A stretch of 32,000 nucleotides of DNA from Archaeoglobus fulgidus DSM 4304 (lineage in GTDB: Archaea > Halobacteriota > Archaeoglobi > Archaeoglobales > Archaeoglobaceae): contig NC_000917.1 in assembly GCF_000008665.1 (NCBI RefSeq), positions 510,001 to 542,000 on the forward strand, written 5' to 3'. The position numbers and the translations under genes are program-made. The notes under the pieces were generated by a model, which did not search any database, was not told the DNA's origin, and worked only from the letters and a program-made list of their open reading frames with translations. Every line of letters begins with the position of its first letter. The stretch's first letter is position 1. Of this stretch, positions 8,826 through 17,986 are shown in pieces.

Positions 8826-9451
8826 AGCCTGTAAGAATCGTTGCTCCCCCTCTTGCTGCAAACTGCTATCTACTGCTTGACGAGAAGAAGGCTTTGATAG
8901 ACGTTGGTGGGGACATCCAGTTTATCCTTAACGCCCTCAAAAGGTACATTGACCCGAGAGAGCTGGACTACATCATTTTAACCCACTCTCACTACGACCA
9001 CGCTGCTGCAGCTGGACACTTCAAGGGGATAGCTAAGATTGCAATCCACAAGGATGAGTACTCGCTGCTGAAGGCTCAGGGCTTCACATCCTTCATGTTC
9101 GGAGTTAGCTTCAAGAAATTTGAGCCAGACATAATGCTGGAGGGGGGAGAGGTAATAGAGCTCGGAGAGCTTTCTTTGGAGGTTATACACACTCCCGGCC
9201 ATTCTCCCGGCAGCATTTGTTTATACGAGCCGGAAAGGAAGTGGCTTTTCAGCGGTGACACGGTTTTCGCCCACGGAAGCTTTGGCAGAGTTGATTTGCC
9301 CGGAGGGAGTGCGAGGGAGCTTATAAATTCCCTTGAGAAGCTTTCTAAACTGGACGTGGAGAACCTCTATCCGGGCCACGAGGACATAATTGAGGGGAAC
9401 GCTGCAAGACACATAGCCAATTCCCTTAGAATTGCAAAAATGTTCCTGTGA
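8822..9451 (+). CDS. Metallo-beta-lactamase-fold hydrolase (glyoxalase II-like)
   Basis: THSHYDHAAAAGHF, HTPGHSPGSICLY, FSGDTVF, GHED metal-binding motifs; ATGA overlap with the preceding gene. Confidence 0.92.
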   Translation: MKPVRIVAPPLAANCYLLLDEKKALIDVGGDIQFILNALKRYIDPRELDYIILTHSHYDHAAAAGHFKGIAKIAIHKDEYSLLKAQGFTSFMFGVSFKKFEPDIMLEGGEVIELGELSLEVIHTPGHSPGSICLYEPERKWLFSGDTVFAHGSFGRVDLPGGSARELINSLEKLSKLDVENLYPGHEDIIEGNAARHIANSLRIAKMFL

Positions 9452-9708
9452 TGCGGCACGTTTTTGGAATGAGTGCTGAGGAGGCCAAGTTCGAGCTGAG
9501 GAGAGTTCTTGAAAGGCTGGGATTTCAGGTGAAGGAGATGGATTCGGAAATTCTGGCAGAGAAGGGCAGCAAGGCAGTGAGGATATCCCTAAAAGAGCTT
9601 GGGAGAAGCGAACTCAACATACCTCAAACAGAGGTCGTTTTTGAGTGTGAGGAGGAGATATACAGGAGCATTCTGGAAAGGCTGAGACTCTCCAGAATGG
9701 GGGGTTAA
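9448..9708 (+). CDS. Uncharacterised 86-aa protein coupled to a radical SAM gene
   Basis: Overlaps the MBL stop by 4 nt; its last base is the first base of the radical SAM ORF. MMRHVFGMSAEEAKFELRRVLERLGFQVKEMDSEILAEKGSKAVRISLKELG.. Confidence 0.8.
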   Translation: MMRHVFGMSAEEAKFELRRVLERLGFQVKEMDSEILAEKGSKAVRISLKELGRSELNIPQTEVVFECEEEIYRSILERLRLSRMGG

Positions 9709-10739
9709 TGGCGGGAAAGCTGTTCATCGTAATTCTGACTCCAGTCTGCAACGGCAACTGTCTTTACTGCGGGGGGTACGATGAAGGGCTGATGCCCCCC
9801 AAGATACAGTATCCCCTTGAATCCCTCAAAAAAATAGCCGACGGAAACTCCGTAGCCTTCTACGGTGGAGAGCCTCTCCTTGAAATGGAAAAGATGAAAG
9901 AAATCATGGACTCAGTCAAAGCGGAGCATTTCATTCTTCAGACAAATGGCCTAAAGCTAAACAGGCTTGAGGATGAGTACATTAGGAGGTTCTCGACGAT
10001 TCTCGTGTCTTTTGATGGGAGAAGGGAGGTTCACGACCTTTACAGGGGAAACTACGAGAGAGTGCTTGAAAACGTTCTCAACGTCAGGAGGAAAGGTTTT
10101 GAGGGCGAGCTTATCGCCAGAATGGTCGCAAGTCAGGAGACTGACATTTACGAGGATGTGATGCACATCCTCAACCTCGACTGCTTCACCCACGTTCACT
10201 GGCAGATTGATGCAGTCTGGAGCAGCGACGGAGTCTGGAGGGATTTCGAGAGGTGGGTTGAGAGGTACAACGCTGGAGTCAGGAAGCTCGTAAAGTTCTG
10301 GGCTTCCGAGCTGAGAAAGGGGGTTTTGCACGGCTTAGTTCCTTTTATGGGGGTTGCAACGGCAATCTTTAAACCATTCACCCACCCTCCCTGCTCCTCA
10401 GGTTTCGAATCCTTTGCAATAGCCACCGACGGCAGAATTCTCGCCTGCCCCATCTGCCCAGACCTTGACTGGAACGAGGTTGGGAGCCTTGATGAAGGAA
10501 TAAAAAGGAGGCTCGAAATACTTGAGCCCTGCCTGTCATGCAGCTACTTCAGGTTTTGCGGTGGGAGGTGCGTTTTCTTTAACCGCGAAAGGCTATGGGG
10601 GGACAGAGGGTTCAGGCTTGTTTGCTCAACGGTGAAAAACCTCGTTGATTCAATTCTCGCCTGTAAGCACTTAATTTTGGCCAACAAAGAAAAAATAATG
10701 TATCCGAGATTTCTCAACACCACCGAAATCATTCCGTAG
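9708..10739 (+). CDS. Radical SAM protein with C-terminal SPASM-like cysteines; recalled as the putative peptide-modifying AF0577 family
   Basis: PVCNGNCLYCGGYDE (CxxxCxxC), VAFYGGEPLLE, IATDGRILACPICP, CLSCSYFRFCGGRCVFF, LVCSTV. Confidence 0.9.
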   Translation: MAGKLFIVILTPVCNGNCLYCGGYDEGLMPPKIQYPLESLKKIADGNSVAFYGGEPLLEMEKMKEIMDSVKAEHFILQTNGLKLNRLEDEYIRRFSTILVSFDGRREVHDLYRGNYERVLENVLNVRRKGFEGELIARMVASQETDIYEDVMHILNLDCFTHVHWQIDAVWSSDGVWRDFERWVERYNAGVRKLVKFWASELRKGVLHGLVPFMGVATAIFKPFTHPPCSSGFESFAIATDGRILACPICPDLDWNEVGSLDEGIKRRLEILEPCLSCSYFRFCGGRCVFFNRERLWGDRGFRLVCSTVKNLVDSILACKHLILANKEKIMYPRFLNTTEIIP

Positions 10740-11883
10740 AGTCGATTGCGTAAACGAAGTTCTTTACAAGCTGCGAGGCCTTCATTATTGGCTCTTCTCT
10801 CAGATTCTCGGGAATGTCCTGCTTCGTGTGCCAGTAGTAGGGAGCGTCATCCTTTGCGGAATGGCCGAATATTGATACTGCATGCAGCCCCTTTCTTGAG
10901 AAGTTGGCAGCGTCGCTTCCAGCAAAGGGGAGTGGAGCTACTCTAACGTCAAAATCTATTTTTTCAGCAGCCTTCTTTGCGTATTCAACAGCCAGGGGAG
11001 AGTGCTTGGCGAAGTACATCTTCTCCTCGGTTGCTATAAGGAAGTAGTCGGCAGAGGGACACTCAAGGGCGAGCATTATTGCGTTTCTGCTCTTCAGCTC
11101 GTCGTAATGCCTCTGAACGAATCTCTTCGACCCCCTCATGTGCTCCTCTCCCGCGAAGGCAACAACCCAAACTTCCGTTTTCTCAGGCCTTTCCCTGCTG
11201 AGCTGCCTTCCAGCCTCAAGAACAGCAGCAATGGCAGCGAGGTCGTCGTTTGCTCCAAGAGTAACGTAGCTGGAACGGAGAGTGAAGGCGATTAAGAGCA
11301 GAAGGGCGCTGCCTATAAGCATCAAAGGTTTCTGGATAAAAGCAAGGGAGATGTTTGCCGCACCCTCAGCAAAGGAGAGGAACATTGTGAGCAGAGTGAT
11401 TGCTATTGCAGGGCCAATAATCAGAAAGGATTTTTTCTTCAACCTTCCGAGCAGGGGAAACTCGTAGGGGGAGTCGTAGTGGGCTGAAATTATTGCCAGC
11501 TTCTCCGCTCTGCTCTTCGGCTTAATTTTTCCCACAACGTGAAACTCCTCCACTTCAGGGAAGACAAAGTCGATTATCTCGTAGTGGAGGCACTGCTGGA
11601 AGAGGAAGATGAAAAAGGCTGCGAGCATCAAAATTCCCGCCAGAACAGGCTGTCCGATAAGGTAAAGCAGCACTCCAGCTAGGTAGAATCCAGCGGTGAA
11701 CCAGATGTAGTCGAGAAAGCCTCTTGGATGGCTCCTGAAATGCTCCTTTTCAACCTCATCGCAGAACTGGAGCATTTCTTCGTAAATAATATCTCCACAC
11801 TTCCTCTCGCCCTCGCTGCCCGCAAGCCTCGGCCCGCACTCTCTGCAGAGTTTTTGGATGAATTCAATGGGGGAGTTTTGCAT
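10729..11883 (-). CDS. M28-family zinc peptidase with transmembrane segments
   Basis: IISAHYDSPYEFP, GANDDLAAIAAVLEAGRQL, VWVVAFAGEEHMRGSKRFV, PFAGSDAANF, WHTKQDIPENL; hydrophobic central segments. Converges with and overlaps the radical SAM gene by 11 nt. Confidence 0.9.
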   Translation of the reverse strand: MQNSPIEFIQKLCRECGPRLAGSEGERKCGDIIYEEMLQFCDEVEKEHFRSHPRGFLDYIWFTAGFYLAGVLLYLIGQPVLAGILMLAAFFIFLFQQCLHYEIIDFVFPEVEEFHVVGKIKPKSRAEKLAIISAHYDSPYEFPLLGRLKKKSFLIIGPAIAITLLTMFLSFAEGAANISLAFIQKPLMLIGSALLLLIAFTLRSSYVTLGANDDLAAIAAVLEAGRQLSRERPEKTEVWVVAFAGEEHMRGSKRFVQRHYDELKSRNAIMLALECPSADYFLIATEEKMYFAKHSPLAVEYAKKAAEKIDFDVRVAPLPFAGSDAANFSRKGLHAVSIFGHSAKDDAPYYWHTKQDIPENLREEPIMKASQLVKNFVYAIDSTE

Positions 11884-12021
11884 GTTCGAAATGGTTTACA
11901 AATTATTAATTTTTGTTGTTTTGGACTGCTGAACCTTTTTTTCGAAAGGTGTTATAGATGTTTATAGCAACTTTCATTTTTGAAACATAACTTTTTTACT
12001 GCAATGGAGTAAAAACTCTCG

Positions 12022-12945
12022 ATGGAAGTGACCACATCTGACCTCTCAAAGCTGAAGGTTCTTCTCGATGCCTTTCCATATTACGTGCTGATAGTAGATG
12101 AGGACCATAGAATTATATTGGCAAACGGGGCATTTGAAGAAGTGGTTCCAGATGCTGTGGGGAAATACTGCCCTCAGGCTGTCCATGGAAGTAACGAACC
12201 TATCCCCGAATGCCCCCTTGAAGAAGCCGTTCTGATGAACAAGAATGTGGCCGAGAGGGAGGTATATGACCCCAGTGGAAAATGGTTCATTTCAGCAGTT
12301 TACAGGACAGGATTAACTTTAAAAGGAAAAAGGCTTTTCATCCACACTTTGCACGATATAACCGAAAAGAAGCTCTACGAGCAGAAGCTCAAAAAACTAA
12401 ACAGGCTACTTGAGGAAGTTTTAATTCTGACAGAAGGTATTTCCGAGGAGAAGGATATCAACACAATTGCAAAAGAAGTCGCAGAAACCTTATCAAGAAT
12501 CTATGGGGGTTCAAAAGTTTTATTGGAAATAAATGGGGAAAAGCGGGAGGTAAAAAAAGGAGAACTCCGTGAAAACATAACCTTAATCGACCATAGAAAC
12601 CATGGAAGCGTTGCCCTCGAACTGAATGGAAATCTCAGCGAGGAAGAAGTGCAAATTATCCATACCTTCGCCTGCACGCTCAGCACTATAATTGAAAAGA
12701 TGAGGCTGGAAGAGGAAAGAAGAGCTTTGATGGAAAAAACTCGGGACAACGTTTACCAGATGGCTGTTCTGGTTGACCACATCAGGAATCCGCTTACAGC
12801 CATAGCTCTTGAGGCTGAAAGGCTTGGCAGCAATAAAATCCTCGAAAATGTCGAAAGAATTAACAATGTTGTCAAAAAGCTTGAGGATGGCTGGATTGAA
12901 TCCGAGAAGATCTGGAACATGCTTAAGAAAAGCTGGGAGCGCTAA
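12022..12945 (+). CDS. PAS-domain sensor protein with HisKA-like segment but no HATPase domain
   Basis: PAS: FPYYVLIVDEDHRIILANGAFEEVV..KYCPQAVHGSNEPIPECPL..GKWFISAVYR..HTLHDITEKKLYEQKL; central linker/GAF-like region; VDHIRNPLTAIALEAERL H-box-like; stop at 12945 and the next gene at 12975. Confidence 0.8.
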   Translation: MEVTTSDLSKLKVLLDAFPYYVLIVDEDHRIILANGAFEEVVPDAVGKYCPQAVHGSNEPIPECPLEEAVLMNKNVAEREVYDPSGKWFISAVYRTGLTLKGKRLFIHTLHDITEKKLYEQKLKKLNRLLEEVLILTEGISEEKDINTIAKEVAETLSRIYGGSKVLLEINGEKREVKKGELRENITLIDHRNHGSVALELNGNLSEEEVQIIHTFACTLSTIIEKMRLEEERRALMEKTRDNVYQMAVLVDHIRNPLTAIALEAERLGSNKILENVERINNVVKKLEDGWIESEKIWNMLKKSWER

Positions 12946-12974
12946 AGTTATCAACTTCTTTATGAATTAACATC

Positions 12975-13748
12975 ATGCTCAAAATCGCCACCTTCAACGT
13001 AAACTCCATCAGGAGCAGACTGCACATCGTGATTCCGTGGCTGAAGGAGAACAAGCCTGACATTCTATGCATGCAGGAGACGAAGGTTGAGAACAGGAAG
13101 TTTCCTGAGGCCGATTTTCACCGCATCGGCTACCACGTCGTCTTCAGCGGGAGCAAGGGAAGGAATGGAGTGGCCATAGCTTCCCTCGAAGAGCCTGAGG
13201 ATGTCAGCTTCGGTCTCGATTCAGAGCCGAAGGACGAGGACAGGCTGATAAGGGCAAAGATAGCTGGCATAGACGTGATTAACACCTACGTTCCTCAGGG
13301 ATTCAAAATTGACAGCGAGAAGTACCAGTACAAGCTCCAGTGGCTTGAGAGGCTTTACCATTACCTTCAAAAAACCGTTGACTTCAGAAGCTTTGCTGTT
13401 TGGTGTGGAGACATGAACGTTGCTCCTGAGCCAATCGACGTTCACTCCCCAGACAAGCTGAAGAACCACGTCTGCTTCCACGAGGATGCGAGAAGGGCAT
13501 ACAAAAAAATACTCGAACTCGGCTTTGTTGACGTGCTGAGAAAAATACATCCCAACGAGAGAATTTACACCTTCTACGACTACAGGGTTAAGGGAGCCAT
13601 TGAGCGGGGGCTGGGATGGAGGGTTGATGCCATCCTCGCCACCCCACCCCTCGCCGAAAGATGCGTGGACTGCTACGCAGACATCAAACCGAGGCTGGCA
13701 GAAAAGCCATCCGACCACCTCCCTCTCGTTGCTGTGTTTGACGTGTAG
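12975..13748 (+). CDS. xth: Exodeoxyribonuclease III / AP endonuclease
   Basis: LKIATFNVNSIRSRLHIVIPWLKENKPDILCMQETKVE.., WCGDMNVAPEPIDV, LGWRVDAILATPPLAERC..PSDHLPLVAVF. Confidence 0.96.
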   Translation: MLKIATFNVNSIRSRLHIVIPWLKENKPDILCMQETKVENRKFPEADFHRIGYHVVFSGSKGRNGVAIASLEEPEDVSFGLDSEPKDEDRLIRAKIAGIDVINTYVPQGFKIDSEKYQYKLQWLERLYHYLQKTVDFRSFAVWCGDMNVAPEPIDVHSPDKLKNHVCFHEDARRAYKKILELGFVDVLRKIHPNERIYTFYDYRVKGAIERGLGWRVDAILATPPLAERCVDCYADIKPRLAEKPSDHLPLVAVFDV

Positions 13749-13785
13749 GGAAAAGCAAATATTTCATGCTCAAAGCCTTACCACA

Positions 13786-15372
13786 ATGAAAATCAGCATT
13801 GTTCTCCCAGCGTACAACGAGGCAAAAAGGCTCAGAGGTGCTGTTGAAGAGGTTATCAAAGCAGCCGAAAAAACGGGATACGATTTCGAGATTATCATCG
13901 CAGAGGATGGCTCTAAGGATGGAACAGACAGAATCGCAGCGGAGCTTGCTGCCAGCAATCCCAGAATAAAGCATCTCCACTCGGACGAGAGGCTGGGGAG
14001 AGGAAGGGCTTTGATGAACGCCTTTTCAAAGGCGAGCGGAGACGTTGTCGTTTACATGGACGTTGACCTCGCCACCGACCTCTCCCACCTGAAGGAGCTT
14101 GTTGATGCCATAATTGTTGAAGGCTATGACTTCTCTACTGGCTCAAGGCTGATGAAGGAAAGCCAGACGGACAGGCCTGCAAAGAGGGAGATTGCGTCGA
14201 GGGGCTACAACTTCCTCGTTCGCCTTTTCCTCGGCTCAAAACTCCACGACCACCAGTGCGGGTTTAAGGCCTTCAGGCGGGATTTAATTCTGGATCTAGG
14301 TAAAGAGGTGAAGGACAACCACTGGTTCTGGGACACGGAGGTATTAGTTCTGGCTCAGAAGAGGGGCTACAGAGTCAAGGAGATTCCGGTAAGGTGGAAG
14401 CACGGGGGAGAGACGAAGGTTGCCTTCGGAAAGGACATCCTTTACATGTTTTCCCAGATTCTCAGGATGTGGATGGATGAGAAGAAAAGGAGCAGGAAAT
14501 ACCTGATCATCTCAACTCTAATTGCTCTCGCCATTCTCGGAGTAATTGCAGTTAAAGCTGGTATTGAGAACGTCTACGAAAGTCTGATCTCAATCAACCC
14601 CTTTTTTCTCCTAACCTCAGCTCTGCTCTACTCCCTCTCATATATCCTGAGAGGCCTCAGATTCGACTACATCATGAGAAGTTTGGGGAGGGAGAGGGGT
14701 TTGCTGTTCTCGACCGCTGCGGTAAGCATCAGCCAGACCGTTAACGTGATAACCCCCATCAGATTAGGTGACTTGGCGAGAGCCTACGTTTTCAGGAGGA
14801 GGGAAGTTCCGTATTCAGAGTCGATTGGGGGGATTGCTGCCGAGAGGGTCTATGATTTGATTTCAGTCGCTTTGATAGCTGCGGTTTCGGCATTACTTCT
14901 CGGAGCAGGGCTGAAGGAGCCCGTTTACGCCTTTATTTTTGCCGGTATGATTTTTGCCGGCATCCTCCTCCTTTCAAGGATGGAGAACGTAGTTGGGAAG
15001 GTGTTCAAAAACGCCATGAAGGTGATGGGGATTAAGCAGAGCATTGTTTTGACTTTCCTCTCACTTCTGCTCTGGCTTTCCGACATAACAGTTTGCTACC
15101 TGATTGCTCTGAGCTTCGGAGATGTGAGCTTCATACTGATCGCTCTGGCGGTGGCAGTCGGAAACATAGTCAAAGCTTTGCCAATCACTCCAGGAGGTGT
15201 GGGGACGTATGAGGCTGCGGTTACGGCAGTTCTTCTTTCACAGTTCTCCGCTGGAACAGCGTTCACGATTGCTCTGGTTGACCACGCGGTCAAAAACGTG
15301 ACAACGGTGCTTCTCGGCCTGCTATCACTCGCATCTCTCAATCTGAGCTTGAAAGAGGTGGAGCAGGGTTAA
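13786..15372 (+). CDS. GT2 glycosyltransferase (dolichyl-phosphate sugar synthase-like) fused to a C-terminal flippase-like/LPG synthase TM domain (AglD-like architecture)
   Basis: MKISIVLPAYNEAKRLRGAVEEV..VYMDVDLATDLSHL..FKAFRRDLI.., then multiple TM segments with RLGDLARAYVFRRREVPYSESIGGIAAERVYDLISV and LPITPGGVGTYEAAV. ATG at 13786 chosen over 13600. Confidence 0.93.
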   Translation: MKISIVLPAYNEAKRLRGAVEEVIKAAEKTGYDFEIIIAEDGSKDGTDRIAAELAASNPRIKHLHSDERLGRGRALMNAFSKASGDVVVYMDVDLATDLSHLKELVDAIIVEGYDFSTGSRLMKESQTDRPAKREIASRGYNFLVRLFLGSKLHDHQCGFKAFRRDLILDLGKEVKDNHWFWDTEVLVLAQKRGYRVKEIPVRWKHGGETKVAFGKDILYMFSQILRMWMDEKKRSRKYLIISTLIALAILGVIAVKAGIENVYESLISINPFFLLTSALLYSLSYILRGLRFDYIMRSLGRERGLLFSTAAVSISQTVNVITPIRLGDLARAYVFRRREVPYSESIGGIAAERVYDLISVALIAAVSALLLGAGLKEPVYAFIFAGMIFAGILLLSRMENVVGKVFKNAMKVMGIKQSIVLTFLSLLLWLSDITVCYLIALSFGDVSFILIALAVAVGNIVKALPITPGGVGTYEAAVTAVLLSQFSAGTAFTIALVDHAVKNVTTVLLGLLSLASLNLSLKEVEQG

Positions 15373-15373
15373 T

Positions 15374-16696
15374 ATGTACACCCTAATTTACGCAGTTTGT
15401 TTCTACACCTCTTCTCTTCTCCTCACAACACCTTTTCTCAGGCACTTTCAATACCACGAGGCTCGCTTCCTCTCCCTCCTCACCCTCTCGGCAATCTCAT
15501 TCCTCGCGGGATTCCTCATTCCGTTCAAAATTTCCTTCTACCTTGCATTTCTGGCCTTCATGGCCCTCTCCTTGTATGTGATCTACAGAAGCGACGTAAA
15601 GGTGGAGAACTCCGAAATGGTATTTGCAGCAGTCTTCGCCTTTTTCATCTTTCTGCGATTCCTTGACCCTGACATCCTCGATGCGGAGAAGTTCATGGAC
15701 TCCGCTTTCATGAACGCTGTTTTGAGGGCTAACAGTTTCCCTCCCAACGATCCCTTCCTTTCAGGATACAAGCTCGACTTCTACTACTACTTCGGCCACC
15801 TGATTGGAGCGTGCATAACTCTCCTATCCTTCGCACCTCCGGAAGTTGGGTACAACGTAGCCATTGCAGCCTTGCCTGCCTACACCTCTCTGATAATTTA
15901 CGGAATGCTGAGGAACAGAGGTTTCAAAACAGCACTCTTCGGAGTGTTCCTGACAGTTTTCTCGGGAAACCTCTACTCTTTCGTTGACTTCTTCAACCGC
16001 CTTTTTTCAGGTCTGCCAGTTGACGGCGGATACTACTGGAACTGCACGAGGGTGATAGATAACACGATTAACGAGTTTCCGTACTTCAGCTTCATCCACG
16101 CCGATTTGCACGCTCACGTCGTGGCAATCCCAATAATCGCGCTCGTCTTTGCCCTTATGGCTCGCGAAGAGGAGAGCAGATTTTCCTATGCAGCGCTTAT
16201 ACTCTCCCTCTTCACCCTATTCGCAACAAACTCATGGCACTACCCGCTGGCATTTCTCGCCGCCCTTCTGGCTGGAATTGCCCGCCGTGACAGGTGGCTC
16301 ATCTCTTCAGCATTTTTATCTGCAGTGCCCGCATCTCTCCTCTTCCTGCACATGAACACTCCCGCTGCAGAGTTTTCGGTAATAGACGAGAGAAGTGACG
16401 TCTTGCAGTTCGTACTGTACGCCTTCACACCGATTGCTGCCTCATACGTCTTCACAGGTAGAAAGCACGTGCTCTACTTCCTCCCTCTCTCCGTTCCCCT
16501 GTACTTCCTTTCTCCAGTTCTCGCTCTACTTGCTCCACTAATAGCAGCATCCGCCATCGGAATCTATAAAAAAGACTTCTATTCCGCCATACTGCTCTCA
16601 GGCCTGCTGGCCTTCACGCTTCCCGAATTCGTTGCCGTGGAGTCGAGAATGAACACCGTTTTCAAGTTCTACATCTACGCCTGGCTGCGGTTATGA
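15374..16696 (+). CDS. Large membrane protein, DUF2298 family, N-terminal part
   Basis: Multi-TM protein with NSFPPNDPFLSGYKLDFYYYFGHLIGA, FVDFFNRLF.., TRVIDNTINEFPYFSFIHADLHAHVVAIP. It ends abruptly at RMNTVFKFYIYAWLRL. Confidence 0.85.
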   Translation: MYTLIYAVCFYTSSLLLTTPFLRHFQYHEARFLSLLTLSAISFLAGFLIPFKISFYLAFLAFMALSLYVIYRSDVKVENSEMVFAAVFAFFIFLRFLDPDILDAEKFMDSAFMNAVLRANSFPPNDPFLSGYKLDFYYYFGHLIGACITLLSFAPPEVGYNVAIAALPAYTSLIIYGMLRNRGFKTALFGVFLTVFSGNLYSFVDFFNRLFSGLPVDGGYYWNCTRVIDNTINEFPYFSFIHADLHAHVVAIPIIALVFALMAREEESRFSYAALILSLFTLFATNSWHYPLAFLAALLAGIARRDRWLISSAFLSAVPASLLFLHMNTPAAEFSVIDERSDVLQFVLYAFTPIAASYVFTGRKHVLYFLPLSVPLYFLSPVLALLAPLIAASAIGIYKKDFYSAILLSGLLAFTLPEFVAVESRMNTVFKFYIYAWLRL

Positions 16697-17250
16697 TTTC
16701 TGCAGCAGCCAACATTGAGTGGAGCAAGTGGAAAAAACTCGCGTTCATCGCTCTGCTCATCATCGGCATTGTTTATCCCCTTGTCGCAACACCTGTCAGA
16801 TACGGCAGAGCAGATATGACGCTGGATGGGATGAGCTTCATGAAGGCGTACGATGGGGACTACTACGCGGTGAAGTGGCTTCAGAGCAGGGATGGGGTGG
16901 TCATGGAGGAGGGATGCACTCAGGGTGCGCTCTGCGCCTACCACTATGGAGGAAGGGTTGCAGCCTTCACCGGCAATCCAGCAGTGATCGCCTGGACCAA
17001 CCACGAGTACGTGTGGAGGAGAAACTACTCTCTCGTTGCGGAGAGGGCGAAGGACGTGAGAGAGTTCTACTCCACCGATAGCTGCGAAAAAATGAGAGAG
17101 ATTGCTGGAAAGTACGGTGTAAAATACATTTTCTTCGGCTACGAGGAGAAGAGGCTGTTCTCACCAGACGTCAGAAAATTTGAAAGGTGCTTCGAAAAGG
17201 TTTTCGAAAAAGACGGTACTTACATATTTGCAACAAAAAATTTATCTTAG
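16693..17250 (+). CDS. C-terminal part of the same DUF2298-type protein (split ORF)
   Basis: Starts in an ATGA overlap; NIEWSKWKKLAFIALLIIGIVYPLVATPVRYGR..TLDGMSFMKAYDGDYYAVKWLQSRDGVVMEEG..GRVAAFTGNPAVIAWTNHEYVWR. Confidence 0.75.
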   Translation: MISAAANIEWSKWKKLAFIALLIIGIVYPLVATPVRYGRADMTLDGMSFMKAYDGDYYAVKWLQSRDGVVMEEGCTQGALCAYHYGGRVAAFTGNPAVIAWTNHEYVWRRNYSLVAERAKDVREFYSTDSCEKMREIAGKYGVKYIFFGYEEKRLFSPDVRKFERCFEKVFEKDGTYIFATKNLS

Positions 17251-17268
17251 GACAAAAACATTTTCATT

Positions 17269-17706
17269 ATGGATGAAAAAGATATGCTAATACTCTCCGA
17301 GCTTGTTAAAGACTCGAGAAAAACCCTGTCCGAGCTTGCCGAAATGCTCGACATGTCCGTATCGAGCATTCACAAGAGAGTTAAAAAGCTCGAGAAGGAG
17401 GGAGTTATTGAGCGCTACACTGCTGTAATAAACCCGGATGTTTTCGATACGGTGACGGCCTTTCTGCTCATAAGCGCAGAAAACCCGGAAAAGGTATTTA
17501 ATAATATAAAAGCAATGGATAACGTGGTTGAAGTTTACAAAGCCCTGGGCAACTTCAACATGATTGCCAAAGTGAGGTCGAGCGACCTTGATAAGATTGG
17601 TGAAATAACGTCGAAAATATCCGCGATGGAGGGGGTTATGATGGTGGAGTGCATCGTCACGACGAAGAGGTTGAAGGAGGAAATATGGTTTCCGGAGATG
17701 GGGTGA
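17269..17706 (+). CDS. Lrp/AsnC-family transcriptional regulator
   Basis: DMLILSELVKDSRKTLSELAEMLDMSVSSIHKRVKKLEKEGVIERYTAVINPD.. plus a RAM-like C-terminal domain. Confidence 0.93.
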   Translation: MDEKDMLILSELVKDSRKTLSELAEMLDMSVSSIHKRVKKLEKEGVIERYTAVINPDVFDTVTAFLLISAENPEKVFNNIKAMDNVVEVYKALGNFNMIAKVRSSDLDKIGEITSKISAMEGVMMVECIVTTKRLKEEIWFPEMG

Positions 17707-17710
17707 TGAG

Positions 17711-17983
17711 ATGGGCGATTACTTCGATATCCTGACCCTCATACTGACGGCCATATACCTTCTGATAGGAGGGGGGTTTATCATTTACATCTACGACACC
17801 TACAAGAGAACGAAGCAGGAATTCCTCATTTACCTCTCCATCGGCTTCTTTCTTCTCATCATCGGCGCTTCCCTGCCAGTCCTAACCTTCGTTGCTCAAG
17901 TGCTTGACATGAGCGTCGTTGTCGTGGCAATTCTTATGCAGATTGCCGGCCTGAGCTCGATATTCTACTCCATTGTAAGGTGA
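17711..17983 (+). CDS. Small three-TM membrane protein, uncharacterised
   Basis: 90 aa, hydrophobic segments ILTLILTAIYLLIGGGFIIYIY, FLIYLSIGFFLLIIGASLPVLTFVAQ, VVVVAILMQIAGLSSIFY; starts 4 nt after the Lrp stop. Confidence 0.7.
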   Translation: MGDYFDILTLILTAIYLLIGGGFIIYIYDTYKRTKQEFLIYLSIGFFLLIIGASLPVLTFVAQVLDMSVVVVAILMQIAGLSSIFYSIVR

Positions 17984-17986
17984 GAA

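Noticed and set aside
12583-12954. 123-aa minus-strand ORF
   Set aside because: Shadow of the PAS/HisKA protein.
13221-13718. 165-aa minus-strand ORF
   Set aside because: Antisense shadow of xth; no recognisable motifs.
13600-13785. N-terminal extension of the GT2-flippase ORF
   Set aside because: It overlaps the end of xth in another frame; MKISIVLPAYNE at 13786 is the expected start.
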